From positions 32,001 through 96,000 of the IMG/VR virus record IMGVR_UViG_3300032092_000011: a stretch of DNA of 64,000 nt; one strand, 5' to 3'. The stretch is from a virus. The position numbers were made by a program, and so were the translations under genes. The notes beneath the pieces were generated by a model. That model did not search any database. It was not told the DNA's origin and saw only the letters and a program-made list of their open reading frames with translations. This document shows, in pieces, positions 1-9,278 of this stretch (its first letter is position 1; each line of letters begins with the position of its first letter).

Positions 1-935
1 ATGTTGTTTACAGTAATGGGAGTATAGTAAACAATTAGTGTTGTTCTAGAAGTGACGCACACTCACCACTCATAGATGGGCCCCTAGAGACCTTTGAGAC
101 CTTGGGGCCCGAAGGGCTCTGTGATAGGGGCGGGCATCCTTTCCGGACCGGGAAAAAAACGGGCCCTGGGGAACATCAAAGTCCTATTAGGGCCCCTATA
201 GTAGTCCAAGTTACAATGGGGACGGGCCCCATCTGGTCATCGCGGATTCTCTCTGCGCTTCTAGTTCTTATTATAACGGTTTTTTATTAGGTTAGGGGTT
301 CTTTGGGCCCTCGGTCATGCTCTAAGGCTTGGGAGTGAATCTGGACGGACCGTGATAATGTGTGCACTTCTGTGAAAGTGTTTTGCTATATTGCTAATTA
401 TTAGTAGTGATCTGTAGTGAAAGTCATGACCCTTGACTCCTGGACCCCTGCATGTCTACGAATTCGGGCCCCAGTGTTTACCCAGGAAATTGGCGCCCAG
501 AGTCTGGGTACCGGTATACCCGCACCCTCTAGGACTCCGATGGCCTCTGAGCACCTGGACTCCCCATGTGCCTAGAAGCCTAGGCACCCTAGAGCCTCCC
601 CTATTCGGGCGTTCCGTATCCGCTCTTCTATTACTCCTATACCTATAGGACTAGAAGTGTCTATAACGGACCACTAGGTGCCTACCTTACCTACTGAGCC
701 TTCCTATGCGTCTATTAGCTCTATCTAAGCGGTTATTGGATTATTGGGCCGGCACGGGTAGATGACCACTGTGAGCTAGTGACCAGCTCACCACTAGGGT
801 AGTGGCACGCCGGGGTGCACTCTAGGGTGAAAAAGTGCACCTGGAGTGTCACCTGGAAGCACTCCGGCAAGTGCTCCAGGAAGTGTTCTGGGAGTGCACT
901 CCGGTAAGTGTTCCTGGAGTGATCACCGGGAGTGA
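1..935. other. GC-rich non-coding block with clustered GGGCCC palindromes and degenerate short repeats (possible origin or terminal/packaging region)
   Basis: No credible ORF; GGGCCC at 78,105,161,190,224,305,466; degenerate AGTG..CCGG/CCTGG repeats at about 812-933. Confidence 0.45.
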
Positions 936-1370
936 TTATGCTGCTACTAACTCTTCGTTTTTAACGAAAGCTTTACTTGCCCATGTTTTAGCACCTACTA
1001 GTGAATATTGACGTTGGTCATACAGGGCAGTATTTAACCAATAAGAGTTAATAGTTCCTACAGTTAAGTCCATTAAGATAGCTTCGTCGATAACTGGAAT
1101 CTGTTTTCCTTTTTTAGCAAATACAGTTAACCAAATATCTGTACCTTCTGGGTTAAATTGCACTGTTTGTAGGGCACCTTTCTTAAAACCACTAATAAGT
1201 GTCTCAGGGTGCTTCATATAATGTTCATTGTCAAAGTCTCTACTATCACTAATAGTTAAGAAACCGGCACGACATTTAGTGATAAAACGGAATTTACCAG
1301 CAGTGTAACCTGACATAAAGTTAGATACGTGGATGTCTTTTTTGTTCGCTAAGATAATTGAATTGGTCAT
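936..1370 (-). CDS. hypothetical early protein
   Basis: ORF track 936-1436; start moved to ATG 1370 (MTNSIIL) because the upstream part is the promoter motif. Confidence 0.75.
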   Translation of the reverse strand: MTNSIILANKKDIHVSNFMSGYTAGKFRFITKCRAGFLTISDSRDFDNEHYMKHPETLISGFKKGALQTVQFNPEGTDIWLTVFAKKGKQIPVIDEAILMDLTVGTINSYWLNTALYDQRQYSLVGAKTWASKAFVKNEELVAA

Positions 1371-1389
1371 GAGTGGATGTTTTAATGTT

Positions 1390-1433
1390 ATATGTAAATA
1401 TAAACAAAATTCTTCAAACGGTAAAACTTTTTT
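1390..1433 (-). promoter_or_regulatory. class I (early, Bacteroidota sigmaA-like) promoter
   Basis: AAAAGTTTTACCGTTTGAAGAATTTTGTTTATATTTACATAT; recurs about 12 times upstream of genes. Confidence 0.8.
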
Positions 1434-1459
1434 CAAAGTTTTTTCAAATTATTTTTCAT

Positions 1460-1486
1460 AAAAAAGGGTCCCTTTCGGGACCCTTT
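1460..1486 (-). terminator. intrinsic terminator
   Basis: AAAGGGTCCC-tttc-GGGACCCTTT hairpin with A/T tracts, downstream of the HTH gene. Confidence 0.75.
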
Positions 1487-1519
1487 AAATGTTACCATTA
1501 GGTTTTTCTGCGTTGAGTC

Positions 1520-1756
1520 TTAGATAGTGGTCAAGGCAACATTTACATTACGACCGCGACCGCGATCATAAGCGGCATTCATAATACGAGAATTCTCATA
1601 TTTGCCGTTAAGAACATCACTCACATGTGTTGAACTATAACCAGTTTTTTCAGCGATGATAGTTACATCACCGTGACGTTTACGTTGATTATAATTTGCT
1701 AATTTTTGGGTGTAGCTTAATTTGTTATAGCTACTTGGTCTGTTAGAATTAAACAT
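1520..1756 (-). CDS. small helix-turn-helix DNA-binding protein
   Basis: TIIAEKTGYSSTHVSDVLNGK LacI/XRE-type HTH; start moved to MFNSNRP, downstream of the class II promoter. Confidence 0.7.
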   Translation of the reverse strand: MFNSNRPSSYNKLSYTQKLANYNQRKRHGDVTIIAEKTGYSSTHVSDVLNGKYENSRIMNAAYDRGRGRNVNVALTTI

Positions 1757-1777
1757 ATATTTGTTGTTTTGTTGAAT

Positions 1778-1806
1778 ATTATATAGGGGCCCTAGGAAAA
1801 GTTTCA
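1778..1806 (-). promoter_or_regulatory. class II promoter TGAAAC-N17-TATAAT
   Basis: Exact motif with 17-nt spacer, found at 5 sites plus 1 variant. Confidence 0.7.
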
Positions 1807-1828
1807 CAAAAATATTTCACAAAATATT

Positions 1829-1863
1829 TTTTTATTTCATGGATTTTGTTTATATTTACATAT
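1829..1863 (+). promoter_or_regulatory. class I promoter variant
   Basis: TTTTGTTTATATTTACATAT core. Confidence 0.6.
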
Positions 1864-2081
1864 GAAAAATAACAAGATGACATAATGCGACTAACACTCA
1901 CAGGGACTAACCTCCCGACAAGGGTTCGAACCTCCCCGGTTCGCAGAGGGTATACTCCGACCTGTTCTTTTTTTTAAAAAGACCTAGATGAGGTGCGTCA
2001 ATATAAAATTAATCAATTTTCTTGACATGGTAAAATAAAGTTATTAACAAAAAATGTTCATAACTTTGTGAAAATAATGTG

Positions 2082-2125
2082 AAAAAAGTTTTACCGTTTG
2101 GAGAATTATGTTTATATTTACATAT
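2082..2125 (+). promoter_or_regulatory. class I early promoter
   Basis: AAAAGTTTTACCGTTTGGAGAATTATGTTTATATTTACATAT; inverted GTTATTAACA/TGTTCATAAC boxes at 2040-2064. Confidence 0.8.
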
Positions 2126-2143
2126 AACAAATTAGCAATAACA

Positions 2144-2383
2144 ATGATTAATCTTTCTATCCAGGACAAATTCGACGGTTTAAACAAAATTGGTGACTTA
2201 CGTAACGCTATCGGTCAAGAGTTCAGTTATAACTTCTCTTCTACTTGCCGTGCTAAACTACTTAGTGTTAGCGAAGATGGTAACCGTTGTACTTTTCAAG
2301 AAGTTGAAGCATATGGTCGTAAACCTAAGCCCGGTGTTGGTACCGCAGCTAGTTGGTTGATCTGGAACTCTATGTTCTTCTAA
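2144..2383 (+). CDS. hypothetical early protein
   Basis: ORF 2108-2383, start moved to MINLSIQ downstream of the promoter. Confidence 0.75.
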   Translation: MINLSIQDKFDGLNKIGDLRNAIGQEFSYNFSSTCRAKLLSVSEDGNRCTFQEVEAYGRKPKPGVGTAASWLIWNSMFF

Positions 2384-2384
2384 T

Positions 2385-2413
2385 TGAAACCTTTTCTAAA
2401 TCTCATATATAAT
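2385..2413 (+). promoter_or_regulatory. class II promoter TGAAAC-N17-TATAAT
   Basis: Exact motif upstream of the ORF at 2448. Confidence 0.7.
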
Positions 2414-2447
2414 AATAGTAATTTTTAACAAAATAAACCAAACAAAC

Positions 2448-3596
2448 ATGGCAACAATTACAACCCTTTCAAACCAACTAGTTGAGCAACGTAAACAGGA
2501 AACTCTTAATGCTCAATCAATCCGTAAAACAGTCCCTTTCCGCGACATTAACCTTATCGATGACAAAACTATCGAATATAAAGGTACACGTATCGGTATT
2601 ACTAATGGATGTTTTAAGTCTCTATTGAAACTTATCGGTATGTCAAACCAGTTCGCTAAGAACTTCGAGTCATTATTTAACTCTGAAGCTAAAGCAACTT
2701 TTATTAACCGTATCAAAGATGCTATGGCATCTAACACCGGTCGTCTTAATGAAGTTACATTGGTTCTTTCACCGTTCAATAAAACTATCATTGGTATCAC
2801 CCGTAAAGCAACTGATCTTATTTCTAATGAGCAGTTCTTGGGAGTAGCTGAACGTATTATTGATCGTCAAGGTTTCGATGTTACTAACTGGTCAGTAGAC
2901 CCTACAAGCGGTATCGTCCAAATCAATGCATTTAACCCTAAAGCTACTTTCGAAGTTAACGGACTTAGCGATGAGGTTTTCACTGGAGGTATTACTTTCC
3001 GTAACTCACCTCTTCAAGGCTTCCAAGTTCTTCCATATGTAAACCGTATGTGGTGTACTAATGGTTTAACCACTTCACTTGCTGAAGAAGCTTACACTCT
3101 TAACTCTCTAGATTCAGTAACTATGGAGAAGTTCTTCGAACAACTTAACGAACTTCGTAAGAACAATTTTGCTCCAGTAAGTTTTGCTGATCGTGTTCGT
3201 AAAGCATCTAACACTCCTGCTTCACTTAATGAGATGCGCCAAGCATATAACCTCATCAACAAACACGTAGAGGACCAAGCAGATCGTTGGATCCCACTTA
3301 ATGAGAACCTTTCTGCTTACAAACGCAATGGTTTTGAAAATATGACTGTTGACCAAATGAAGAATGCTAAATCTAATCAGTCTCTATGGTCAGTAGTAAA
3401 TGGTCTTACTCACTTTGCAACTCATGCTCCTGAATTGATCACTTCTAACGTACAAGGTTACGATCAAACTCAGATGATGGTTCAAGCTGGTAACATCTTT
3501 GGTAAGAATCGTTTCGATCACGAAAACGATATGCCAAATCCGTTCGGTAATGACGCTTTGAACAACACGCTTCAAATCGGTTCACTACTTAACTAA
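2448..3596 (+). CDS. DUF932/DUF945-like phage protein
   Basis: 382 aa; FRNS...YVNRMWCTNGL and SLWSVVNGLT motifs typical of the family. Confidence 0.6.
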   Translation: MATITTLSNQLVEQRKQETLNAQSIRKTVPFRDINLIDDKTIEYKGTRIGITNGCFKSLLKLIGMSNQFAKNFESLFNSEAKATFINRIKDAMASNTGRLNEVTLVLSPFNKTIIGITRKATDLISNEQFLGVAERIIDRQGFDVTNWSVDPTSGIVQINAFNPKATFEVNGLSDEVFTGGITFRNSPLQGFQVLPYVNRMWCTNGLTTSLAEEAYTLNSLDSVTMEKFFEQLNELRKNNFAPVSFADRVRKASNTPASLNEMRQAYNLINKHVEDQADRWIPLNENLSAYKRNGFENMTVDQMKNAKSNQSLWSVVNGLTHFATHAPELITSNVQGYDQTQMMVQAGNIFGKNRFDHENDMPNPFGNDALNNTLQIGSLLN

Positions 3597-3616
3597 GTTT
3601 TGTTTTAATTGTTATG

Positions 3617-3642
3617 AAAGGGTCCGCAAGGACCCTTTTTTT
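3617..3642 (+). terminator. intrinsic terminator
   Basis: AAAGGGTCC-gcaa-GGACCCTTT followed by a T-run. Confidence 0.85.
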
Positions 3643-3675
3643 ATGAAAAAAAATCAAAAAAAGTGAAAAAAAGTG

Positions 3676-3720
3676 AAAAAAAGTTTTACCGTTTGAGAAA
3701 TTTTGTTTATATTTACATAT
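3676..3720 (+). promoter_or_regulatory. class I early promoter with phased A-tracts upstream
   Basis: Consensus motif preceded by repeated GTGAAAAAAA units. Confidence 0.8.
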
Positions 3721-3743
3721 CATTAATCGTTAAAGCAATATTT

Positions 3744-3974
3744 ATGAACAAATTAACTAAATTTTCGCCGATCTACAACACAGCCTTTTGTGTATTCTTC
3801 ATTTGGGTAGCCTATAGTACCGCTGCTGGAACTATCCAACAATACATTAAATTCGCCGGAATCGATAACGAGATCGCTTTCTGTTGTGTTGCTATGATGT
3901 TGGGAGCTATGTATTTCTACTTATCTGTATCTGACATTTTCGACGTAATCAAACGTTACCTTCAGAACAAGTAA
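3744..3974 (+). CDS. small two-TM membrane protein
   Basis: Start moved to MNKLTKF; two hydrophobic segments. Confidence 0.7.
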   Translation: MNKLTKFSPIYNTAFCVFFIWVAYSTAAGTIQQYIKFAGIDNEIAFCCVAMMLGAMYFYLSVSDIFDVIKRYLQNK

Positions 3975-3977
3975 AAA

Positions 3978-4038
3978 TGTTAATAACTTTTTGCAAAAAA
4001 GTTTTACCGTTTGAGAAATTATAGTTATATTTACATAT
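3978..4038 (+). promoter_or_regulatory. class I early promoter with upstream TGTTAATAAC box
   Basis: TGTTAATAAC-TTTTTGC-AAAAAAGTTTTACCGTTTGAGAAATTATAGTTATATTTACATAT. Confidence 0.8.
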
Positions 4039-4057
4039 CATTTAAAACATCCACATA

Positions 4058-5161
4058 ATGACAAGAGAACAATTCACAATTTCCGAAACCGCAACAGGTT
4101 ACATGTTAACAGAAGTTAGCAATCACAGGCAAGAATTTATCGAGCCTAGCCACCCTAAATTTGAATGGGTTTCTAAGAACCTAGGCCGTATCGTAAATAT
4201 TACCGAAGCCGGTCGTTGGAATAGCCAAAAAGATTACGAAAACCTATATGGCAACCAACCTAAATCACGTGGTAACCAAGAGGTAGCCACAGTTAAACCA
4301 AAGGTGGAGGTTAAATTAACCAAATTGGACGATCTAGATATTAACCCAGACTTGTTCGTACCACTTCCTACCAATACTATCTTTGACAAATTTGTCTCAG
4401 CTGAAGGTGGTTTCCTTCCCGGTTCAAATATCATGGCAGCAGGAGCTCCAGGTATTGGTAAGACAACTGTTCTCTTAGACCTCATCTCTAAACTAGATCA
4501 GGCCGGTAAGAAATGTCTCTTTATCTCTGCCGAGATGAACCGAATCGACATGGCCCGTTATCTTAAGCGTTTCCCTCACTGGGGCCAGTTACCTATCCTA
4601 TTCTTATCCGACTACGAAGAGTGTCCGAAAGAGGCAATCGAAAAAATCCTAGATGAAGGTTGGGATATAGTCCTGACCGACTCTTATACCGAAGTAAACG
4701 ACACGGTAAAAGAAGAGTGTAACCTTTCTCGTGGTAAGGTGGAGAAGTGGTTCCTAAACCTAATGTCCAGTAACAACGACGGTCATAATGCGGCCCGTAA
4801 GCATACAACCTTTATTACGATCCTACAGCTATCTAAAGGCGGTAACTTCGTCGGGTCGAATAAACTAAAACACATGACTACCGCGATGATGAACCTGGCT
4901 TGGGACGGTTCAGAAAACTCCGGTCAGCGTTATATGGAGTTTACTAAGAACCGCGTCGGCCAAGTAAATAAGAAACTCTATTTCGGTCTCCAAAACGGAG
5001 TTAGCTTCGACGAGGCCAGATACCTACGAGACCTGTATAACGACGAGATAGTCGAAGCAGAACGCGCACAGTTAGGTAAAGAAGCCGATGCCTTCGACAG
5101 GCTATTCGGTATCGGGGTAGAGGAGATAGAAGAATCCGTAGAAGAGAGCATAGAAGCCTAA
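4058..5161 (+). CDS. RadA/Sms-like RecA-family ATPase (no Zn finger, no Lon domain)
   Basis: Walker A GAPGIGKT, FISAEM, Walker B VLTDS, GSNKLKHM and KNRVG motifs. Confidence 0.8.
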   Translation: MTREQFTISETATGYMLTEVSNHRQEFIEPSHPKFEWVSKNLGRIVNITEAGRWNSQKDYENLYGNQPKSRGNQEVATVKPKVEVKLTKLDDLDINPDLFVPLPTNTIFDKFVSAEGGFLPGSNIMAAGAPGIGKTTVLLDLISKLDQAGKKCLFISAEMNRIDMARYLKRFPHWGQLPILFLSDYEECPKEAIEKILDEGWDIVLTDSYTEVNDTVKEECNLSRGKVEKWFLNLMSSNNDGHNAARKHTTFITILQLSKGGNFVGSNKLKHMTTAMMNLAWDGSENSGQRYMEFTKNRVGQVNKKLYFGLQNGVSFDEARYLRDLYNDEIVEAERAQLGKEADAFDRLFGIGVEEIEESVEESIEA

Positions 5162-5760
5162 CCGACCGGTTAGAGCCTCCAGGTAATTTGGGCCCAGAGT
5201 GGATGCTGGGCCCTTACCTGTGTCTGGCGGCTGGTAGCCTGATGAGTCTCCGGGGTGATGGTCTGGGATGGTGTGCCGGCCACCACTGCGTGAATAATAG
5301 TCCCGGAAGGTGCAAACGCCGTGGTGGGGACCTCCGGCACTCACCGGGTAGTGGCAGGTTTCCGGAGTGTGATTGCGCACCCTTTGGTTTAAGGGAACCT
5401 AGAGGACTACCTTGCGGGCTTGAACACTATATATCATGTTCTTCTACGTACGCGCGCGTGTAGGGATGGTAGGATCTTAAGACCAGTAGGAGTCGGTTAT
5501 GGCCTGGAGGCTTGGAGGGTAGGGACGGGACTTGCAGGGCCTAGAACGGGACGGGTCTTATATCTATATGCTGTTCTTCTATATCTGGATGGGTTGGGTC
5601 TTTACTTATATCCTTATTGTGCTTGTAGTACTTATCTAGGTTTCTTTTATTCTTATTTAGAATTTTATTTATTATATTGGGTATTGGGGGCACGGGTGGT
5701 TCTGGCTCTCCGGTGCCTAGTGATAGAAAAAGGGAGCCGGTTAGGACTCCCTCTTGGTTG
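5162..5760. other. second GC-rich non-coding block at the convergence of transcription
   Basis: No credible ORF; GGGCCC at 5190 and 5208; CACTCACCGGG/CCGGAGTG motifs like those at 812-933. Confidence 0.45.
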
Positions 5761-5776
5761 TTGGGTTATCTGGGTT

Positions 5777-6037
5777 TTAGGCTTGCGCCTTAGGTACTAG
5801 GATTGCCGGGACTGGATCAACCGGAGTCCAAGTGCTTGGACGGGTTCTGGTTGGTGGTTCAATCTCGCCAGTCTCTTCGTTATTCACTGGTAGACCTACT
5901 ATCTCTGGTTGATAAACATATACATCATGATTTGGATGCGCTGCGACTAGTCTCTCTACACTTCCTGGATAATGCTGTATCTGGTAAGTTATACCATTAA
6001 TTTCTTCTTGTTGATTATAGATTATTGTATATGACAT
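5777..6037 (-). CDS. hypothetical protein
   Basis: 86-aa ORF co-directional with the upstream operon. Confidence 0.6.
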   Translation of the reverse strand: MSYTIIYNQQEEINGITYQIQHYPGSVERLVAAHPNHDVYVYQPEIVGLPVNNEETGEIEPPTRTRPSTWTPVDPVPAILVPKAQA

Positions 6038-6055
6038 TGTAATTCTTATTTAGAT

Positions 6056-6454
6056 TTAACCTTTAATTTCTACTAGTTTTAAACGGATTTCTTTTGGTAG
6101 TTCCGACCATGGAAGTTTAGTTAGTTCTTCGGTCTGGAAATCTTGGCCAAAACATCTCCATAACATTTGCTTACGTTCATCTAGGCCTCCGCGGTTCCAA
6201 AGCTCATTACCCCATCTTTTTAGCTCGGCTTCATAGATTTCGTTTTCAGGTACTCCAGCCTTGATTAGTTGACGGGTAAAATCTTCTTTAGCATCCTTTG
6301 ATTTAAACTTATATGCGTCAGTTGAGGTTTGTTTACCGTCCCTAGAGAACTGGTCGCGGAAGATTTCACCAGCCATTAGGGCATATCTTAATGAAATGGT
6401 TACTTCATTCTTGGCCTCGCTGACAAACTGTTCGTATAGTTTTACGTGTTTCAT
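6056..6454 (-). CDS. putative capsid-targeted internal protein (CTS-like tag)
   Basis: N-terminus MKHVKLYEQFVSE. Confidence 0.7.
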   Translation of the reverse strand: MKHVKLYEQFVSEAKNEVTISLRYALMAGEIFRDQFSRDGKQTSTDAYKFKSKDAKEDFTRQLIKAGVPENEIYEAELKRWGNELWNRGGLDERKQMLWRCFGQDFQTEELTKLPWSELPKEIRLKLVEIKG

Positions 6455-6455
6455 A

Positions 6456-6926
6456 TTACATTGACCTTTTTATTACTTCAAAAGTTATGTTTAATTCGTC
6501 TAGGAATGCTCTGGTATCTACATAGATTTGACCAACTCTGTCCTTCTCACCAGGATTATCACCATTCGTAATATCATAGATGGTTAAGAGTGTAGCATTT
6601 ACTGGCTCTCTACCTTGTAAATTAGCATCATTTAACCATTCTTGGCTTTGGTGTAATCTAAAGGTTGGACGATCAGGTTTATTACCATTTGGCTTTACAA
6701 CATGATATTGAACGTGCGTAAACATTGTTCCACCTTCAAAGCTTTCAATTCTCTTAGTTGCCTCTTCAGTGGTTTTTGAAGTTCTAAGCATGTATTTTTT
6801 TAGCCATTTCTCTGCAGTCTTTAAAGATTTTGAATCAGGACTAGCAGGTTTAAAGTTTCTACTAGTATATTCATTTAGCTGATCAGCTTGATTTGAAAAT
6901 TCTTCAAATAATTTTACGTATTTCAT
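6456..6926 (-). CDS. putative capsid-targeted internal protein (CTS-like tag)
   Basis: N-terminus MKYVKLFEEF...LNE. Confidence 0.7.
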   Translation of the reverse strand: MKYVKLFEEFSNQADQLNEYTSRNFKPASPDSKSLKTAEKWLKKYMLRTSKTTEEATKRIESFEGGTMFTHVQYHVVKPNGNKPDRPTFRLHQSQEWLNDANLQGREPVNATLLTIYDITNGDNPGEKDRVGQIYVDTRAFLDELNITFEVIKRSM

Positions 6927-6940
6927 GATTATGTGATTTT

Positions 6941-7312
6941 TTAGTCTTCTCTGTTATCTCTGTACCAGTATGCCCAATCTATAACCTCTTCAATAAACTC
7001 ATCTAAGCTCATTGCAACTTGGTCGCCAGCTGGGACTAGTCCATCTTCAAAGCTTGCGATCCATTTCTCTGCATCTTCGTCCCATTCGAAACCAATATAG
7101 TGGTCATCTACTTTGTGAACGACTATGATTGAATTTTTTGATGCAGTTACTTTTAGCTCTCTAAAGAAGGGTTTTATCTCAGATGCTGCATTTTTAAAAT
7201 CTTTATCTGAGTATGCGTTCTGATCTTCTACTGAAGTTTTATCTTCTGTGAAATAACCCTCATTTACTTCAGACTTCTTAATAAAACTTTCAAATAATTT
7301 TACGTGTTTCAT
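6941..7312 (-). CDS. putative capsid-targeted internal protein (CTS-like tag)
   Basis: N-terminus MKHVKLFESF...VNE. Confidence 0.7.
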   Translation of the reverse strand: MKHVKLFESFIKKSEVNEGYFTEDKTSVEDQNAYSDKDFKNAASEIKPFFRELKVTASKNSIIVVHKVDDHYIGFEWDEDAEKWIASFEDGLVPAGDQVAMSLDEFIEEVIDWAYWYRDNRED

Positions 7313-7346
7313 TGTTGATTAATTTTATTTTCTTTATTTATCACAA

Positions 7347-7373
7347 TAAAAAAGGGTCCTTGTGAGACCCTTT
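7347..7373 (-). terminator. intrinsic terminator
   Basis: AAAGGGTC..GACCCTTT hairpin with U-tract on the minus strand, after ferritin. Confidence 0.7.
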
Positions 7374-7394
7374 CTATTTCGGAAACTTTGTCTA

Positions 7395-7937
7395 TTATCC
7401 TAAGTACATTTCTTCAAAGTGAAGAATGTCTAGGCGCTTATCGACATCAATTAATTGTAATGCATTTAATAAGTCAGAGTATTCTGCAACTGATGCAGTT
7501 TGACCTTGTCTAAACTCTTGTAAGAAATCAAACGTTGCAATATCAATCGAGAATAACATTTGAGAATCTTTATTATACTTGGTAAAAAGATCGTACTCTA
7601 ATTTGTATGCTCCTTCAATAACTTCAGGTAGGTTAGCAAAATCAAAGGTTGTAGTAACCTTTGGAATTGTTGGAAGAGCGTTCCAATCTACAATATATTT
7701 TTGAATTTTCTGAGCATGCTCTAATTCATTCATTGATTCTTTTGCAAAGAACGCTGCTGCTTTTTCGTATCCTACGCCTTTACACCAATTAGATGCTGCA
7801 TTGTAGTAATAATGCGCAGTATATTCATCACCAATTCTATCGTTTAAAACTTTAACAACAGCATCAGCAAGAACTACAGGTTGAACCATTTTTGAATTTG
7901 CAGCTGGTACCACTGCTCCATTAGTTGCTTGTTTCAT
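7395..7937 (-). CDS. ftn: non-haem ferritin
   Basis: LNDRIGDEYTAHYYY, FFAKESMNELEHAQK and TFDFLQEF..Q..SVAE ferroxidase-centre pattern. Confidence 0.85.
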   Translation of the reverse strand: MKQATNGAVVPAANSKMVQPVVLADAVVKVLNDRIGDEYTAHYYYNAASNWCKGVGYEKAAAFFAKESMNELEHAQKIQKYIVDWNALPTIPKVTTTFDFANLPEVIEGAYKLEYDLFTKYNKDSQMLFSIDIATFDFLQEFRQGQTASVAEYSDLLNALQLIDVDKRLDILHFEEMYLG

Positions 7938-7972
7938 TGTATTTTACTATTTGATTTAATTATTTATCTCTT

Positions 7973-8533
7973 TTAATGTGGATGCTTAACAAGATTAGCC
8001 TTAATCTTAACAGAATCTCCTAACTCTTTGGCTAATTCTTTAATTAAATTGATATTATTAACATCATCATCAAAAAACGTAATATCAACATATCCTTGTT
8101 CGATGAACCATCTCATTGCCTCTTTTTTCTTTTCAGCAATAGTCCCATTTAATCTCATCTTTGGGTCATTAATTGCCCAAATGAATTCTCTTTTAACATG
8201 GAAGCCAACATGTTCTTTTAACCATGTGTAAACCATATCTTGGTCATCTCGTGCTGTAATAACTCCAATGGCATTTCCTCTTTTGTAGTTTTTTTCAAGA
8301 ATGTCTAATTGAGTTTGAATCATTCGTCCCGCCTTCATAATTTCTAGGCTTTTAAAATCATCAAAATTTAAGATATGATTCTTATTTTTTTGATAACCAT
8401 TGAATTCTTCTGGAGTCAATTCATGACATTCTCCAGTTCGAGCATCACAAACTCGAATCTTGGCGTCAGTAATTACTAACGTATCATCTAAGTCGAAAAT
8501 GAGAATTTTACTCTTTGAAAATGCTTCGTTCAT
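7973..8533 (-). CDS. HAD-superfamily phosphatase
   Basis: FDLDDT motif I, ITAR motif II, K motif III, FFDDD motif IV. Confidence 0.8.
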   Translation of the reverse strand: MNEAFSKSKILIFDLDDTLVITDAKIRVCDARTGECHELTPEEFNGYQKNKNHILNFDDFKSLEIMKAGRMIQTQLDILEKNYKRGNAIGVITARDDQDMVYTWLKEHVGFHVKREFIWAINDPKMRLNGTIAEKKKEAMRWFIEQGYVDITFFDDDVNNINLIKELAKELGDSVKIKANLVKHPH

Positions 8534-8687
8534 CGTAAATTATACACATTTTTGCTAATTTGTTTATATATTCATTAAAAATAGTGTAAAAATAAAAAAA
8601 GGTGGTCACAGAGAACCACCAGGCTAGAATATCTTTGAGTGAAATGATATATCAATCACATGAATTTTGTGTTTAACCTATCACACT

Positions 8688-9278
8688 TTACGATAACTCA
8701 CTATCTAATTGTTTATCAATTGTTTTGATTTTTTGGTTGTCTTGTCTTGCCATTTTTTGCAAAGTTCTTTTAATATCGTCATCTGCAAATTTAAGTAAAA
8801 CTTCAGTAGATTTAAATCTTGCTTCTAATTTTAGTTTAGAAACATATTTAGCAAGAGTTTCATTCTCTTCTCCAATTGAGTCCATCATTGTAATAATATC
8901 CTCTTCTTGAGCTTCTAAAAGATCAATTTGAGCATCATGTGTTGAATCACTTTTATGAGATTTTGGAGCAGTGCCTCTAGTATTATAATCATAAGCATCA
9001 TACTTAGATTCAAGTTCATCTTCAAATTGTTCAACTTGGTCTCCTTCGATTTTAAGTTTGCCAACCTTTACGCGAACTTCAACTAATTTTTCAGCTAATT
9101 TTCTTAGTTCTCTTTTCTTAAATGGATTTAGGACTAGTCCTTTAACAAAATCAAAGAATCCTTCACCGATTAAAGAATCTAATTCTTCCGGCGTATACTT
9201 TTCGCTAACATGTTGATGAAGATTGTTTACAAACTCCTTTCTTTCAAAATGTTCTTCAAATGTTTTAATTTTTTTCAT
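8688..9278 (-). CDS. coiled-coil protein with CTS-like tag
   Basis: N-terminus MKKIKTFEEHF. Confidence 0.65.
   Translation of the reverse strand: MKKIKTFEEHFERKEFVNNLHQHVSEKYTPEELDSLIGEGFFDFVKGLVLNPFKKRELRKLAEKLVEVRVKVGKLKIEGDQVEQFEDELESKYDAYDYNTRGTAPKSHKSDSTHDAQIDLLEAQEEDIITMMDSIGEENETLAKYVSKLKLEARFKSTEVLLKFADDDIKRTLQKMARQDNQKIKTIDKQLDSELS

Noticed and set aside
812-933. Short repeats as a CRISPR array, with the exonuclease at 31727 as Cas4
   Set aside because: Repeats are about 12 nt, degenerate and lack unique spacers; the nuclease lacks the Cas4 Fe-S cysteines and no cas genes are present
1371-1436. N-terminus MKKVLPFEEF of ORF 936-1436 resembles the capsid-targeting tag
   Set aside because: It is the translation of the class I promoter motif (TTG start); the real start is probably ATG 1370. 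The same artefact extends ORFs 2108, 3663 and 20907-21584
5238-5310. CTGATGAG suggests a hammerhead ribozyme
   Set aside because: No correctly placed stem II followed by GAAA, and no stems I/III
102-5800. ORFs 102-290, 433-648, 5102-5380, 5188-5463 and 5420-5800
   Set aside because: They lie in the GC-rich non-coding blocks, mostly use non-ATG starts, and have composition unlike the phage genes
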